Positions 32,992-42,012 of a stretch of 64,000 nt of DNA are shown piece after piece. The DNA is from Myxococcales bacterium (GTDB lineage Bacteria > Myxococcota > Myxococcia > Myxococcales > UBA5297): contig JBBIQS010000039.1 of the NCBI GenBank assembly GCA_037442205.1, forward strand, positions 6,102 to 70,101, written 5' to 3'. The position numbers were made by a program, and so were the translations under genes. Every line of letters starts with the position of its first letter. Within the stretch, counting starts at the first letter, position 1. The notes beneath the pieces are model-generated. The model saw only the letters and a list, made by a program, of their open reading frames with translations, was not told where the DNA came from and did not search any database.

Positions 32992-33056
32992 GCCCGAAGA
33001 CCGCCGCTTCTTCGAGGGAGCCCCAGCCGCTCCCACCGAGACGCTGCCCACCGGCC

Positions 33057-34325
33057 ATGAGCGAATTCATCCGCGTCGACGACAAGGGGAACCTGGCGCC
33101 CGAGGACACCGCCTCCCGGTCCCGCCTCGCCGGCCAGGCCGGCCGCTTCTACCTGGCCCCGACCTCGCCCGACATCCTATTCGCGGTGCGCGCTCCCTGC
33201 CGCGGCGGGGGCGCGGCGCCGCGGGTGGTGCTGGCGGGCGACCTGTCGGGCCTGGCGCTGGCCGACCTGGTCGCCTTCCTCAACCAGGGGCGAATGAGCG
33301 GCCTGCTGCGAGTCCTCTCTACTAGCGGCGAGCGGGCCATCGTCTTCAAGGACGGCGAGGTGCGCGGCGCCGCCAGCGACAATCCCACCGATCGCCTGGG
33401 CGAGATCGCGGTGCGGTTGGGCTGCATCACCCGCCCGCAGCTGGAGCAGGTGCTGGCCCACCCGCCTCCCAACACCCGCATCGGCCGGGCGCTGGTGGAC
33501 GCCGGCTTCCTCAAGTCCCACGACCTGTGGAAGTGCATGCAGCACCAGGTCACCGAGATCTTCCACAGCATCCTGCTGGCCAGCGAAGGGGCCTTCATGC
33601 TGGTCGATCAGCCGGTGGACGATCGCAACAGCATGACCCTCAACACCCAGGGCCTGCTGATGGACGCCATCCGGCGCATCGACGAGATGAAGGAGTTCCG
33701 CAAGCGGCTGCCCTCCCCGCGCACTTACATGCTGCGCAAGAAGGCCGCCGGAGCCGACCTCGACCAGCAGGAGCGGGCGCTGTACTCGCTCTGCGATGGG
33801 CAGCGGACCGTGGCCGATCTGGCGCAGCTGGCGCACCTGAGCGAGTTCGACGCCACCAAGGTGCTGCACCATCTGGTCGAAGGCGGATTCCTCACACCCA
33901 GCCCGACCCCGGGGGCCAACGCGCCGCAGACCGCCCGGCCCGCAGAACACCTGACGCCGGAGCGGGTCACTCGGGTCTTCAACGACATCTTCAAAGAGAT
34001 CCTGATGGAGATGCGCCAGAAGGGCGCGGCGGCGGAGTTCATCGGCGCGGCCAACGCCGCCGCTGCCGGCCAGGCAGCCAAGGTGCCGATGCTGCGCGGG
34101 GCGAGCTTCGCGCCCGATGGCACCCTCCCCGAGGCGCAGCTGGCCAAGGGAGTGGCGGCGCTCGGGCTCGCTCCCGCCGAGGGCGCCAAGGTGCTGCAGA
34201 GCGTGCTCAACGAGCTGATGTTCTTCCTGCTGTTCCAAGCCGGCGAGCTGCTGGAGGAGCAGGAGAACGAGGAGCTGGGCCACCGGGTAAAGCAGCTGCT
34301 GGCGGCGCTGGAGGGAGAAGCGTGA
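33057..34325 (+). CDS. DUF4388 domain protein
   Basis: The GDLSGLALADLVAFLNQGRMSGLLRV...IVFKDGEV..A segment is typical of the DUF4388 (PATAN-associated) domains common in Myxococcota. The family call is from memory. Confidence 0.7.
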   Translation: MSEFIRVDDKGNLAPEDTASRSRLAGQAGRFYLAPTSPDILFAVRAPCRGGGAAPRVVLAGDLSGLALADLVAFLNQGRMSGLLRVLSTSGERAIVFKDGEVRGAASDNPTDRLGEIAVRLGCITRPQLEQVLAHPPPNTRIGRALVDAGFLKSHDLWKCMQHQVTEIFHSILLASEGAFMLVDQPVDDRNSMTLNTQGLLMDAIRRIDEMKEFRKRLPSPRTYMLRKKAAGADLDQQERALYSLCDGQRTVADLAQLAHLSEFDATKVLHHLVEGGFLTPSPTPGANAPQTARPAEHLTPERVTRVFNDIFKEILMEMRQKGAAAEFIGAANAAAAGQAAKVPMLRGASFAPDGTLPEAQLAKGVAALGLAPAEGAKVLQSVLNELMFFLLFQAGELLEEQENEELGHRVKQLLAALEGEA

Positions 34326-35404
34326 GCGCGCTGCTCGAAGGACTGGAAGCGCCGCTCTCGACCACCTCGCTGCCCGGGACCGGCGGCGTCGTGCGGGTCA
34401 CTCCCGAGGACTTCGAGGTCGAGGAGCTGCCCGCCTATCTGCCCAGCGGAAACGGCGAGCACCTCTTCCTGTGGATCGAGAAGCGCGGGCGCAACACCCG
34501 CGACGTGGTGCGCGAGCTGGCCGCCAAACTCAGCCTGCCCGAGCGCGAGCTGGGCTTCGCCGGCCTCAAGGACAAGGCCGCGGTGACCCGCCAGTACGTC
34601 AGCGCGCCGAGAGTCGATCCGGCGCGGGGCCAGGCGCTCTCTGGCGAGGGCTGGCGGGTGCTCTCGGCGGCGCGCCATGAGAACAAGCTCAAGACCGGGC
34701 ATCTCAAGGGCAACCGCTTCTGCATCCGCATCCGGGAAACGGTCCCCGGGGCGCTGGAGCGGGCCAAAGCCTGCGCCGAGGCGCTGGAGCGGCAGGGATT
34801 GCCCAACGCCTTCGGCCCGCAGCGCTTCGGGCGCCAGGGACTCAACGCGATCACCGGGCGGGCGCTGCTGACCGGGGCCTCGACCCCGGAGGTGGCTCGA
34901 GCGCGCCGCGACCGCTTCCTGCGGCGCATCGCCATCTCCGCCTACCAGGCGCTGCTCTTCAATCGGGTGCTCGCCGAGAGGATGAAGGAAGGGCTCCTCG
35001 GGACCGCGCTGCCCGGCGATCTGATGAAGAAGCTCGACACCGGCGGCCTCTTCACCAGCTCTGATCCGGGCGCAGATCAGGGGCGGCTGGAGCGCTTCGA
35101 GATCTCGCCCACCGGACCGATCTTCGGGTCCAGGATGATGCAGCCTCAGGCGCAGGCCTGGGAGCGCGAGAGCCGGGTGCTGGCCGCGGAGGGACTGACC
35201 CTGGCCTCCTTCGCCCCGCTCAAGGCCGACGGCGAAGGGAGCCGGCGGGCGCTGAGGCTGCCGATGAAGATCGAGGTCGAGCAGAAAGGCGAGGCGCTGG
35301 AGCTGCGCTTCGCGCTGCCCAAGGGCTCGTTCGCGACCACCGTGCTGCGCGAGGTCATGAAGCCCGAGGCGCTGCCCGAGCTTCCCGAGGAGCGCGACGA
35401 CTGA
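34322..35404 (+). CDS. truD: tRNA pseudouridine(13) synthase
   Basis: The GTG at 34322 overlaps the upstream stop as GTGA. The protein shows PEDFEVEE..., FAGLKDKAAVTRQ (catalytic Asp motif) and NAFGPQRFG. Confidence 0.9.
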   Translation: MSALLEGLEAPLSTTSLPGTGGVVRVTPEDFEVEELPAYLPSGNGEHLFLWIEKRGRNTRDVVRELAAKLSLPERELGFAGLKDKAAVTRQYVSAPRVDPARGQALSGEGWRVLSAARHENKLKTGHLKGNRFCIRIRETVPGALERAKACAEALERQGLPNAFGPQRFGRQGLNAITGRALLTGASTPEVARARRDRFLRRIAISAYQALLFNRVLAERMKEGLLGTALPGDLMKKLDTGGLFTSSDPGADQGRLERFEISPTGPIFGSRMMQPQAQAWERESRVLAAEGLTLASFAPLKADGEGSRRALRLPMKIEVEQKGEALELRFALPKGSFATTVLREVMKPEALPELPEERDD

Positions 35405-35440
35405 GCGCGCTGGGCAGCGCGCCCGGCGGAAGTGCTCGGG

Positions 35441-36580
35441 CTACTGCCGCTCGAGGTACTCGGCGCCCTGGTGTGCGATGTAGCTGAGGATGGCGACCTC
35501 GGCGTCGGTGAAGTGCGCGGTGCCCTTGCGGTTGATTATCTCCAGGCATCCGAAGCTGCGGCCTCCGGAGACCATCGGAGCGCACAGGATCGACTGAGTC
35601 TCGTAGCCGATCTTCTTGCTCACCTCGCGGTAGAAGCGCGGGTCCTTCTGGGTGTCGCTGATGGCCAGGCTCACCGCCTCCTGGCTGCAGAAGCCGACCA
35701 CGCCCACGCCCGTCGGGATGCGCAGCTTGAGCTTCTCCAATTCGGCGGCCTTGGGCCCGCGCGCGGTGGACAGCTTGAGCGTGTCGTCGGCGAAGTCCGC
35801 CACGAACACCGAGCCGGCGTCGGCAGGGATCTTCTCCAGCGCCAGGTCGAGCAGGAACGCCAGCCCGGCCTCGCGCTTTCTGCCGTACACGTCCTGGGTG
35901 CGCTCGAAGAGGTCGGCCAAGATGTCCTCGAGCTGCAGCGAGGTCTTCGACCGGCCGATGTGCCCGGTGACCGGCTGCGAAGGGCGATCCACCACCTCGA
36001 CGCTGCGGGCGCTGCCTTCCGCCGCCGGAGCGGCCTTGGGGGCCGGCTTGAGCTCGGCCTTGGGCGCCGGCTTGGCGGCAACCGGCGCCGCCTTCGGCTC
36101 GACCTTGGCCACCGGCTTGGCCGGAGGCGGCATCGGCTTGGGCGCCGGCTTCGGCTCGACCTTGGGGGCCGGGGTCGGAGCAGCCTTGGCCACTGGAGCA
36201 GCAGCGGGCTTCGGCGGCGGGGCCCCGACCACAGTCTGCGCCGTCTCGGGGTTGGCATCGGGCGCCGGGGCGAACGCCGGCATCTCGGGCAGTGTCTTGG
36301 CGGCCGGAGCCGGGGCCGGAGCCTGCGGAGCGGGCGCGGCGGCCGCCGCCTCCTCGAGCTCCTTGATGCGGAACACTCTCCCGGTGTTGGCGTCGGTCAC
36401 ATGGATGGAGTTGTCCTCCATGATGTCGACCATGATGTTGGCGACCTGAGTGCCCTTCTCGTTGGGCAGCTTCTTGAGCCCGGCCTTGAGCCCCGCCATC
36501 CAGTTGTCGGCGTCCACTTTCAGAGTGACGTTGAACTCTCCGGGCGCCGCCGCGGGGATGAAGACTTCGTACTTGGCCAT
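35441..36580 (-). CDS. GAF-domain protein with an N-terminal domain of about 75 aa and a long Pro/Ala/Lys linker
   Basis: I trimmed the start to ATG 36580, with GGAGG upstream. The protein reads MAKYEVFIPAAAPGEFNV..., then about 110 aa of PAPK-rich linker. The C-terminal GAF domain reads (...GSVFVADF...GVVGFC...ILCAPM...GCLEIINRK). Confidence 0.85.
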   Translation of the reverse strand: MAKYEVFIPAAAPGEFNVTLKVDADNWMAGLKAGLKKLPNEKGTQVANIMVDIMEDNSIHVTDANTGRVFRIKELEEAAAAAPAPQAPAPAPAAKTLPEMPAFAPAPDANPETAQTVVGAPPPKPAAAPVAKAAPTPAPKVEPKPAPKPMPPPAKPVAKVEPKAAPVAAKPAPKAELKPAPKAAPAAEGSARSVEVVDRPSQPVTGHIGRSKTSLQLEDILADLFERTQDVYGRKREAGLAFLLDLALEKIPADAGSVFVADFADDTLKLSTARGPKAAELEKLKLRIPTGVGVVGFCSQEAVSLAISDTQKDPRFYREVSKKIGYETQSILCAPMVSGGRSFGCLEIINRKGTAHFTDAEVAILSYIAHQGAEYLERQ

Positions 36581-36953
36581 GGGGGTTCCGCCTCCGAAAA
36601 CAGCAGGAAAAAGTGGACACTCGCCTATCAGACCGCCGGGGGCCGCGCAACCGGCGGCGGGCGGAGGAGAGTCGCGGTCGGGCGCCGCTGGCACCGGTGT
36701 CAGGTCGCTGGGCCGGACCGGTGCCCCCACCCCCGCTGCCGCCGAAGTGACGGGAACTCTAAGCTGCTGATTTCCGGTCACTTTGCTCCTGCCCGCTGGA
36801 TCCGACTTCCTCCGGAGTTTTTCCCGCCGATCTCGGGAATCGCTCCCCTGACGCCTGCGGACTCGCAGGGGCCGAACCGGGAGTTGCTCCCGATTCGGCC
36901 CTGGAGCGCGGGCGGTACATTCGCCTCGGAAGCCACACAGGAGGTCGCGAGTC

Positions 36954-37379
36954 ATGAAGCGGATCGGCGGCGGAAGCACGGTGCATGGCGGCTACTACTG
37001 GAACCTGAAGGGCTGGGACATCGCCGCCGTCCAGGGCGAGGTGGGCCGGCTGCCCGGGAATCAGGCGGACACGTACCTCCACGTGCCGCTGCCGGCGATG
37101 CTGGTCCTGGTGCCGGTGTTGGGCGCGGCCTACGCCCTCTTCCTGCCGGCGGCGGGGATCGCGATGGCGGTTTGGGGCGCGGGCAAGAAGCTGGGCGTGG
37201 TGGGCAAGGCGGCGGTCGAAGAACTCGCCGCCACGGTGAGCCCGACCTGGCGCCCGGGCGAAGCGCACTTCGCCAGCAAGCCGGACAGGAACCAGGCTGG
37301 CGACAAGGCGCGCGATCCCTCGCTCGAGAAGTTGCAGAAGGAGCTCGAGCAGAAGCGCCACTCGGAGAAGAAGAGCTGA
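36954..37379 (+). CDS. Small membrane protein, unknown family (paralog 1)
   Basis: The 141-aa ORF has GGAGG about 9 nt upstream. It shares GGYYWN..W...AVQGEVG, a hydrophobic stretch of about 30 aa, and KKLxxVG....LAATVSPxWRPGEAxFAxKPD with the next ORF. Confidence 0.75.
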   Translation: MKRIGGGSTVHGGYYWNLKGWDIAAVQGEVGRLPGNQADTYLHVPLPAMLVLVPVLGAAYALFLPAAGIAMAVWGAGKKLGVVGKAAVEELAATVSPTWRPGEAHFASKPDRNQAGDKARDPSLEKLQKELEQKRHSEKKS

Positions 37380-37431
37380 CCGCTCGCTTCACGAGCGACC
37401 TCGACGGCCGACCTCGGCCAGGAGACGAGCC

Positions 37432-37878
37432 ATGACGCGCTACCACGGCGGCACCAAGGTTCTGGGCGGGTACTACTGGAACATCTCGAGCTGGGAGCTG
37501 GTCGCGGTGCAGGGCGAGGTCGGGACCCTGCGGGCCGCTTCCGAGGAGACCTTCCTGCGGCTACCACTTCCGGTGTTGCTGCTGGTCATCCCGCTGATGG
37601 GGGCGCTGTTCGCCTTCTTCCTGCCGGCACTGGGCTTCGCGATGGTGACCTGGGGGCTGGGCAAGAAGCTGGCCCAGGTCGGGCGCCAAGCGATGCAGCA
37701 GCTGGCGGCCACGGTCAGCCCGGCGTGGCGCCCGGGCGAGGCCAACTTCGCCGGCAAGCCCGACGAGACGAAGGAACAGGGTCGGTCGGGCGAGGCTTCG
37801 CTCGAGAAGCTCAAGCAGGACATCGAGGAGCGCCGCCGCCTGGAGGCGGAGAAGGAGAAGAAGGACGAGCAGAGCTGA
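37432..37878 (+). CDS. Small membrane protein, unknown family (paralog 2)
   Basis: The 148-aa ORF has a GGAG RBS. In my ungapped hand alignment, 64 of its first 111 positions are identical to the preceding ORF. Confidence 0.75.
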   Translation: MTRYHGGTKVLGGYYWNISSWELVAVQGEVGTLRAASEETFLRLPLPVLLLVIPLMGALFAFFLPALGFAMVTWGLGKKLAQVGRQAMQQLAATVSPAWRPGEANFAGKPDETKEQGRSGEASLEKLKQDIEERRRLEAEKEKKDEQS

Positions 37879-37906
37879 GCGGCAGCTCCTCGGATTCGCC
37901 GGCGGC

Positions 37907-37940
37907 GGGCGGGCCTCTCAGGGTCCGCCCTTCGTGTTTG
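37907..37940 (+). terminator. Terminator hairpin between the convergent paralog-2 gene and the response-regulator gene
   Basis: GGGCGGGCC (37907-37915) pairs with GGTCCGCCC (37922-37930), including one G-U pair, around a 6-nt loop. TTCGTGTTT follows. Confidence 0.45.
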
Positions 37941-37944
37941 CCGC

Positions 37945-38601
37945 TCAGGGATCGACGCGGATCACGCCCATCTTCAGGGCGATGCGCACCAGGTCGGTGC
38001 GGTTGTGGGCGTCGAGCTTCTCCATCACCCGCTCGCGGTGGCTCATCGCCGTCTTGACGCTGATTCCCAGCGTCTCGGCGACCTCCTTGTTGCTCTTGCC
38101 CTCGGCCACCAGCTTGAGGACCTGCTTCTCGCGATCGGTGAGCGATTCGTAGAGGTCGGACTTCTCGGCCTGCGCCGGCCTGGCCAGCTCTTCCATTGCC
38201 TCGCGCGCCACCTGCGGATCGAGCACCAGCCCGCCGGCATGGGCGCCGCGGATGGCGTCGGCCAGCGCCGAGCCGGCGGCCTTCTTCAGCACGTAGCCGC
38301 TCACTCCGATCTTGAGGAAGCGCCGCACGTACTCGCGATCCTCGTATTGGGTGAGCACGACGATCTTGGTGTTGGGCCGGTCCTTCTTGATCTGCAGGGC
38401 GGCCTCGAGGCCTCCCAGGCCCGGCATGTGGATGTCCATCAGCACCACGTCGGGACCGACCTTGGCCACCTGCTCCACCGCGGCTTGGCCGTCGGCGACC
38501 TCGGCCACCACCTCGATGTCCGCGGTGGCTGCCAGCAGCGCCTTGAGTCCCTCGCGCAGGATGCCGTGGTCGTCGGCGATGAGGACGCGGATCTTAGCCA
38601 T
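37945..38601 (-). CDS. NarL/LuxR-family response regulator
   Basis: The receiver domain shows RVLIADDH...DVVLMDIHMPG. The C-terminal LuxR HTH reads LTDREKQVLKLVAEGKSNKEVAETLGISVKTAMSHR. Confidence 0.95.
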   Translation of the reverse strand: MAKIRVLIADDHGILREGLKALLAATADIEVVAEVADGQAAVEQVAKVGPDVVLMDIHMPGLGGLEAALQIKKDRPNTKIVVLTQYEDREYVRRFLKIGVSGYVLKKAAGSALADAIRGAHAGGLVLDPQVAREAMEELARPAQAEKSDLYESLTDREKQVLKLVAEGKSNKEVAETLGISVKTAMSHRERVMEKLDAHNRTDLVRIALKMGVIRVDP

Positions 38602-40435
38602 GGGGCGCCTCCTTCGGGACCGGCACGCGGATGGCCACCAGGCATCCTTGCCCGGGCGCCGACTCGATCCTCACCTCGCCTCCCATCAGCTCGACCCTCT
38701 CGCGAATCCCCAGCAGCCCCCAGCCTCGCCCGTCCTTGCCAGGAGCGGCAAGCGAGGACACCTCGAAGCCGCGGCCGTCGTCCTCGATGTCGATCGCCAG
38801 AAGCCCGTCGCTGAGTGCGCACTGGATGAGCACGCTCTCGGCCCGGGCATGCTTGGCGATGTTGGTGAGCGTCTCCTGCACCGCCCGGAAGATGGCGATC
38901 TCCAGCTGCGGCGGCAGCCGCTCGTCCATTCCCTCCGCCTCGAAGCGCACCACCACTCCCTGCCCCTTGAGCACCCGCTCGGCATACCAGCGCACCGCCG
39001 AGCGCAGCCCCAGGTCGTCGAGCACCGAGGGGCGCAGGTCGACGATGAGCCGGTGGACCTCGTCGAGCGTGTGGACCGCCAGCTCCTTGGCCTCCGCCAG
39101 GCTCTGGCGCGCCTTCCCCGGCGGCTCGCCCGAGACCGCCGACTCCAGCCTCATCGTCAGCGCCGCCAGGCTCTGGGTGGTCTCGTCGTGCAGCTCGCGG
39201 GCGATGCGCTTGCGCTCGTCCTCCTGGGCGCCGATCACCTTGTGCAGCAGCTGCGCCCTCCCCTCCTCGCGCCGCTTGAGCTCGGCGTTGGCCTTCTCCA
39301 GCTCAGCAGTGCGCTCGAGCACCCGCGCCTCCAGCTCGCGGTTGCTCTTCTCGACCGTCTCCAGGGAGCGCTTGAGCGCCAGCCGCATCCTCTCGAAGGA
39401 CGCCCCCAGCCAGCCGATCTCGTCGTTCCCGACCGGCGGGATGGGCGAGTCGAGCTCGCCCTTGGCGATCCGCTCGGCGGAGGCCGCCAGGGTCGCCAGC
39501 GGCCGGGTGACGCTGCGCGCGGCGCCCCGGGCCAGCAGCAACCCGAGGACGAGCAGGCTCAGCGCGACCAGAGACCCGTTGTGCGACAGCGCGGTCGAGA
39601 AGGCGAAGGCCTCGCTCTCGGGCTGGCGGACGACGACGCCCCAGGGGATGGCGGGCAGCGGGGCGAAGGCCATCACCTCGGGAGTGCGCGGCGCCGATGC
39701 GCCCTCCTGCTGATGGCAGCCGTGGCAGGCGCCGGAGGTGGTGCGGTGGTCGCGGATCAAGCTGGCGAGGAACTGGGCGTGGTCGCTCTCGAGGAACAGG
39801 CGGCCTTCGTCGGTGCTGGCGATGACGGTCCCCTTGCCGTCCACCAGGTCGATCGACTCGCTGGCCGCGAGCTGGAAGCGCCTGAGCAGCGCCGGCAGGT
39901 GCGGCCCGAGGGGGTCGATGACGCCGCCGACCAGGCCCAGGACTTCCCCGGACCAGTTCTTGGCTGGCAGGAGGACGTAGAGGCGCCGGCCGCCGTCGGC
40001 GTCCGGGATCAGGTCGCTGATCAGCGGGCGGCCGTCCTTGACCACCTGGGCGAGCGGCGCCGCCAGCGGCCGGGACTTGGGCTCCATGTACGAGATCCGC
40101 CCCTGGGCGTCGGCGAGGAAGGTCTCGTCGATGACCAGGTGGCGGCGCACGAAGGCGTAGCGCAGCTCGGCCCGCGTGGCCTCGGAGGCCTGATCGAACG
40201 TCGAGCTGCCGGCGATCTCCTGGAGCCGATCGACCTGCGCGGCAAGCAGCGAGGAGATCCGCTCGGCCACGCTCGAGGCCAGCACCTGCCGCTCCGAGAG
40301 CACCCGGCGCTCGGTCTCGCGGATCGACCAGGAGCCCAGGGCGGCCATCGCGGCCAGCGGCGCCAGCAGGCCGAAGGCCACCAGCGACAGCAGGCGGACG
40401 CGGATCCGACCTCTCAGCGGCGTGGCCTCGCTCAC
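38594..40435 (-). CDS. Sensor histidine kinase: TM, periplasmic double-Cache-like domain with a CxxCH motif, TM, HAMP, HisKA_3, HATPase
   Basis: The 613-aa ORF has its GTG start overlapping the upstream stop as GTGA. The H-box is RIARELHDETTQSL (NarX/DegS type). HATPase motifs are present, and SGACHGCHQQ lies between the two TM helices. Confidence 0.9.
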   Translation of the reverse strand: MSEATPLRGRIRVRLLSLVAFGLLAPLAAMAALGSWSIRETERRVLSERQVLASSVAERISSLLAAQVDRLQEIAGSSTFDQASEATRAELRYAFVRRHLVIDETFLADAQGRISYMEPKSRPLAAPLAQVVKDGRPLISDLIPDADGGRRLYVLLPAKNWSGEVLGLVGGVIDPLGPHLPALLRRFQLAASESIDLVDGKGTVIASTDEGRLFLESDHAQFLASLIRDHRTTSGACHGCHQQEGASAPRTPEVMAFAPLPAIPWGVVVRQPESEAFAFSTALSHNGSLVALSLLVLGLLLARGAARSVTRPLATLAASAERIAKGELDSPIPPVGNDEIGWLGASFERMRLALKRSLETVEKSNRELEARVLERTAELEKANAELKRREEGRAQLLHKVIGAQEDERKRIARELHDETTQSLAALTMRLESAVSGEPPGKARQSLAEAKELAVHTLDEVHRLIVDLRPSVLDDLGLRSAVRWYAERVLKGQGVVVRFEAEGMDERLPPQLEIAIFRAVQETLTNIAKHARAESVLIQCALSDGLLAIDIEDDGRGFEVSSLAAPGKDGRGWGLLGIRERVELMGGEVRIESAPGQGCLVAIRVPVPKEAPHG

Positions 40436-41049
40436 GGGCCCTCCTTGCGCACGCTGCCGGCCATGCGCAGCAGTTGCCCGAGCCCGCCACTGCCTCGCAG
40501 CGCCAGTCGGCTGCCGTTCTGCTCCCAGGTCAGCTGGTGCCAGACCTCTCCGTCTCCCCCGCGCAGCAGCGTAAGCCGGCCCTCGAGCTTGCCGACCTTG
40601 AGCGGCCCCTCCTCGACCTTGGTCGCCTGGGGAAGCATGTGCTCCGGGATCTCGGCCGCTCCGCCGATCGTCTGCGCCAGGTAGAGAGCCGGCCCCGCCG
40701 ACTCGCGCGACTGGAATTCGAGGACGACCACTGCCGGGCGCCCCCCGGTGGCGCGCACCACCTTTGGAGGCCAGGCGAGCGACTGCGGGAAGTAGGCCGG
40801 CAGCAGCAACCGCTGGCGAAGCCGCCGCTCCAGGTCGGCGACGCTCGAATAGAGCCGGCCTTCCGCGGGCTCGGTGAGCAGCCGCGGGAGCGCACCCAGC
40901 CCCTCGAGCGAGGCAGTGGCCGCCGTCATCACCAGCGCGAGCGTGACCAGCGCACGGGCGAGCGCGCCGGCGCCGCCTTCGCGCCCGGCCCGCACCGGCG
41001 CCCCTGAGGGCGGCACGGAGGTCGGCTTGGCCAGGCTCGGAGCGTCCAT
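40432..41049 (-). CDS. Single-pass membrane protein with a periplasmic domain (205 aa), unknown function
   Basis: I trimmed the start to ATG 41049, 2 nt after the upstream stop. The TM helix is ALARALVTLALVMTAATA. A mixed domain follows (LLLPAYFPQSLAWPPKVV...LTWEQNGSRLALRG). Confidence 0.65.
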   Translation of the reverse strand: MDAPSLAKPTSVPPSGAPVRAGREGGAGALARALVTLALVMTAATASLEGLGALPRLLTEPAEGRLYSSVADLERRLRQRLLLPAYFPQSLAWPPKVVRATGGRPAVVVLEFQSRESAGPALYLAQTIGGAAEIPEHMLPQATKVEEGPLKVGKLEGRLTLLRGGDGEVWHQLTWEQNGSRLALRGSGGLGQLLRMAGSVRKEGP

Positions 41050-41051
41050 GG

Positions 41052-42011
41052 TCAGACCACGAAAAAGAGCAGGACCGCCAGCGACAGACCGGTGAGGACC
41101 AGCCGCAGCGCCTCGAAGGGGACCGGCCGCGGCTCCGGGCGATCGATCAGCCGCCGGCAGCGCTCCTCGATGGCCATCGCGCGGGCGCGCGCCAGGAACG
41201 GCTCCCCGGCGAAGTCCGGGCTGCGCTGGAAGCTGTGCGTGGCGCAATAGAGCTTCAGCAGCCCGGAGGCCACCCCCAGCCGATCGCCAGTCGCGCCGGC
41301 GGCGACCTCGTCCGCCCTCCTCTCTGCGTCGCGGGCGATGGCCCGCACCATGACGTGCAGCACCGGGTTGAAGGCCTGCAGGGTTCGCGCGGCGAGCAGG
41401 GCCCAGCTCAGGAAGGGATCGCGCTCCTTCAGGTGGCCCAGCTCGTGGGCCAGCGCCGCCGCCAGCTCCCGCTCGTCGAGCGCCGCCAGGGCACCGCGCG
41501 AGACGATCAGCCGCCCCCGGACCGCCCCGGCGCACATCAGGAAGGGAGGCTCGGCGTCGAGGAGGACGATCTCAGGCGGCCGGACGCCCAGCGAATGGCA
41601 GAGAGAATCGACCGCCGCTGGTAGCGCAGGATCGATCGGCGCCTGGCCGAAGGGCAGCGCGCGCTCGAACAGCTGTTCGCGCAGGAAGGGAACGGCGTCG
41701 CGCAGGAAGAGCAGCACGCCCAGGGAGGCGAAGGCCGCCAGCCACAGGTGGAAGAGGGGCAGGCCGAAGAGCTCGACCTGGGCCCAGCTGACTCCGGCGA
41801 AGAGGGCCCGCTCGTCGAGGAACCACTCCTGGTGCCGCTGCGGTGCCAGCAGCTCGAACAGCGGCAGCACCAGCAGCGGGAAGGCCAGCGACAGCAGCCG
41901 GAAGCGGACCTTCTGCCGTGGGTCCTCGACGCGCCAGCGGCGCAACAGCGCCTCGACCACCAGCGCCGCCACCAGGGCGTGAAAGATGGCCTGGGCGATG
42001 AGCTGGGCCAC
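41052..42011 (-). CDS. M56/M48-type (BlaR1-like) integral-membrane zinc metalloprotease; protease domain only
   Basis: The 319-aa ORF has multiple TM helices and an ALAHELGHLKERD HExxH motif in the BlaR1/HtpX context. It has no C-terminal sensor domain. Confidence 0.85.
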   Translation of the reverse strand: MAQLIAQAIFHALVAALVVEALLRRWRVEDPRQKVRFRLLSLAFPLLVLPLFELLAPQRHQEWFLDERALFAGVSWAQVELFGLPLFHLWLAAFASLGVLLFLRDAVPFLREQLFERALPFGQAPIDPALPAAVDSLCHSLGVRPPEIVLLDAEPPFLMCAGAVRGRLIVSRGALAALDERELAAALAHELGHLKERDPFLSWALLAARTLQAFNPVLHVMVRAIARDAERRADEVAAGATGDRLGVASGLLKLYCATHSFQRSPDFAGEPFLARARAMAIEERCRRLIDRPEPRPVPFEALRLVLTGLSLAVLLFFVV

Positions 42012-42012
42012 C

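Noticed and set aside
36689-36704. TGGCAC hexamer upstream of the small membrane protein pair as a sigma-54 promoter
   Set aside because: The -12 position reads TCAGG and has no GC dinucleotide at the required N10 spacing. Other TGGCAC hits (for example near 42915 and 43315) lie inside coding sequence and also have wrong -12 elements.
38312-40684. 790-aa plus-strand ORF
   Set aside because: It is antisense to the histidine kinase and response regulator genes.
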